The translations under genes were made by a program, and so were the position numbers. Positions 63,567 through 64,000 of a DNA stretch of 64,000 nt are shown here, piece by piece. Source of the stretch: Eledone cirrhosa (taxonomy: Eukaryota); the NCBI GenBank assembly GCA_964016885.1, contig OZ024755.1, forward strand, positions 32,612,001 to 32,676,000, read 5' to 3'. Each line of letters begins with the position of its first letter. Position 1 is the first letter of the stretch. The notes beneath the pieces are model-generated. The model saw nothing but the letters and a program-made list of their open reading frames with translations, made no database searches and was not told the origin of the DNA.

Positions 63567-64000
63567 TATATATATGTGTATGTGTGTATGCGTGGATGTG
63601 TGAAAGCGTGTATGTGTGAACGTGTGAATGTATGGATGTGTGTATGCATGTTGTGTGAATGTCTATGTGTGAATGCGTGTATGCATGCATGTGCGAATGT
63701 GTGCATGTATGTATGCATGAATGTGTATGCGTGTATACGTGAACATGTGTATGTGTGAATGTGTGTATGCGTGAACACGTGAATGCATGTAGTGTGAATG
63801 CATGTATGCGTGAACACATGAATGCATGTATGCGTGAATGAGTGAATGCATATATGCGCATGAGTGTCTGTGTGTGTGTGTGAATGTAAGTATATTTAAC
63901 GGTAAACATACGTAGGTATGTTTTGTAAACAGAATTAGAATTTCATTTTATTCTGCATTCATTGAAAAGAATCCTCTCTGCATTTGATCAACCTCTTCCA

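Overview
This is AT-rich, repeat-saturated animal DNA. The SINE and LINE families resemble those I recall from octopod cephalopods; that is an inference and no species is assigned. I cannot support any intact host gene, tRNA, rRNA or CRISPR array, and nearly all long ORFs in the supplied track are translations of microsatellites. Recognisable content: (1) two tRNA-derived SINE families (Meta-domain-like and CORE-like) in dozens of copies; (2) decayed RTE-clade and CR1-clade LINEs, including a convergent inverted RTE pair that shares disabling lesions; (3) a Penelope-like (PLE) reverse-transcriptase fragment; (4) mariner and maT/DD37D transposon relics and a TTAA piggyBac-like MITE family; (5) satellites built from TE fragments. 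The most notable signal is about ten minimal type-I hammerhead ribozyme (HHR) motifs from at least seven unrelated sequence families, sitting in short PLE-LTR-like remnants mostly next to (TA)n. Several long palindromes also appear to be fold-backs made at or beside a hammerhead. All coordinates and alignments were done by eye and are approximate.
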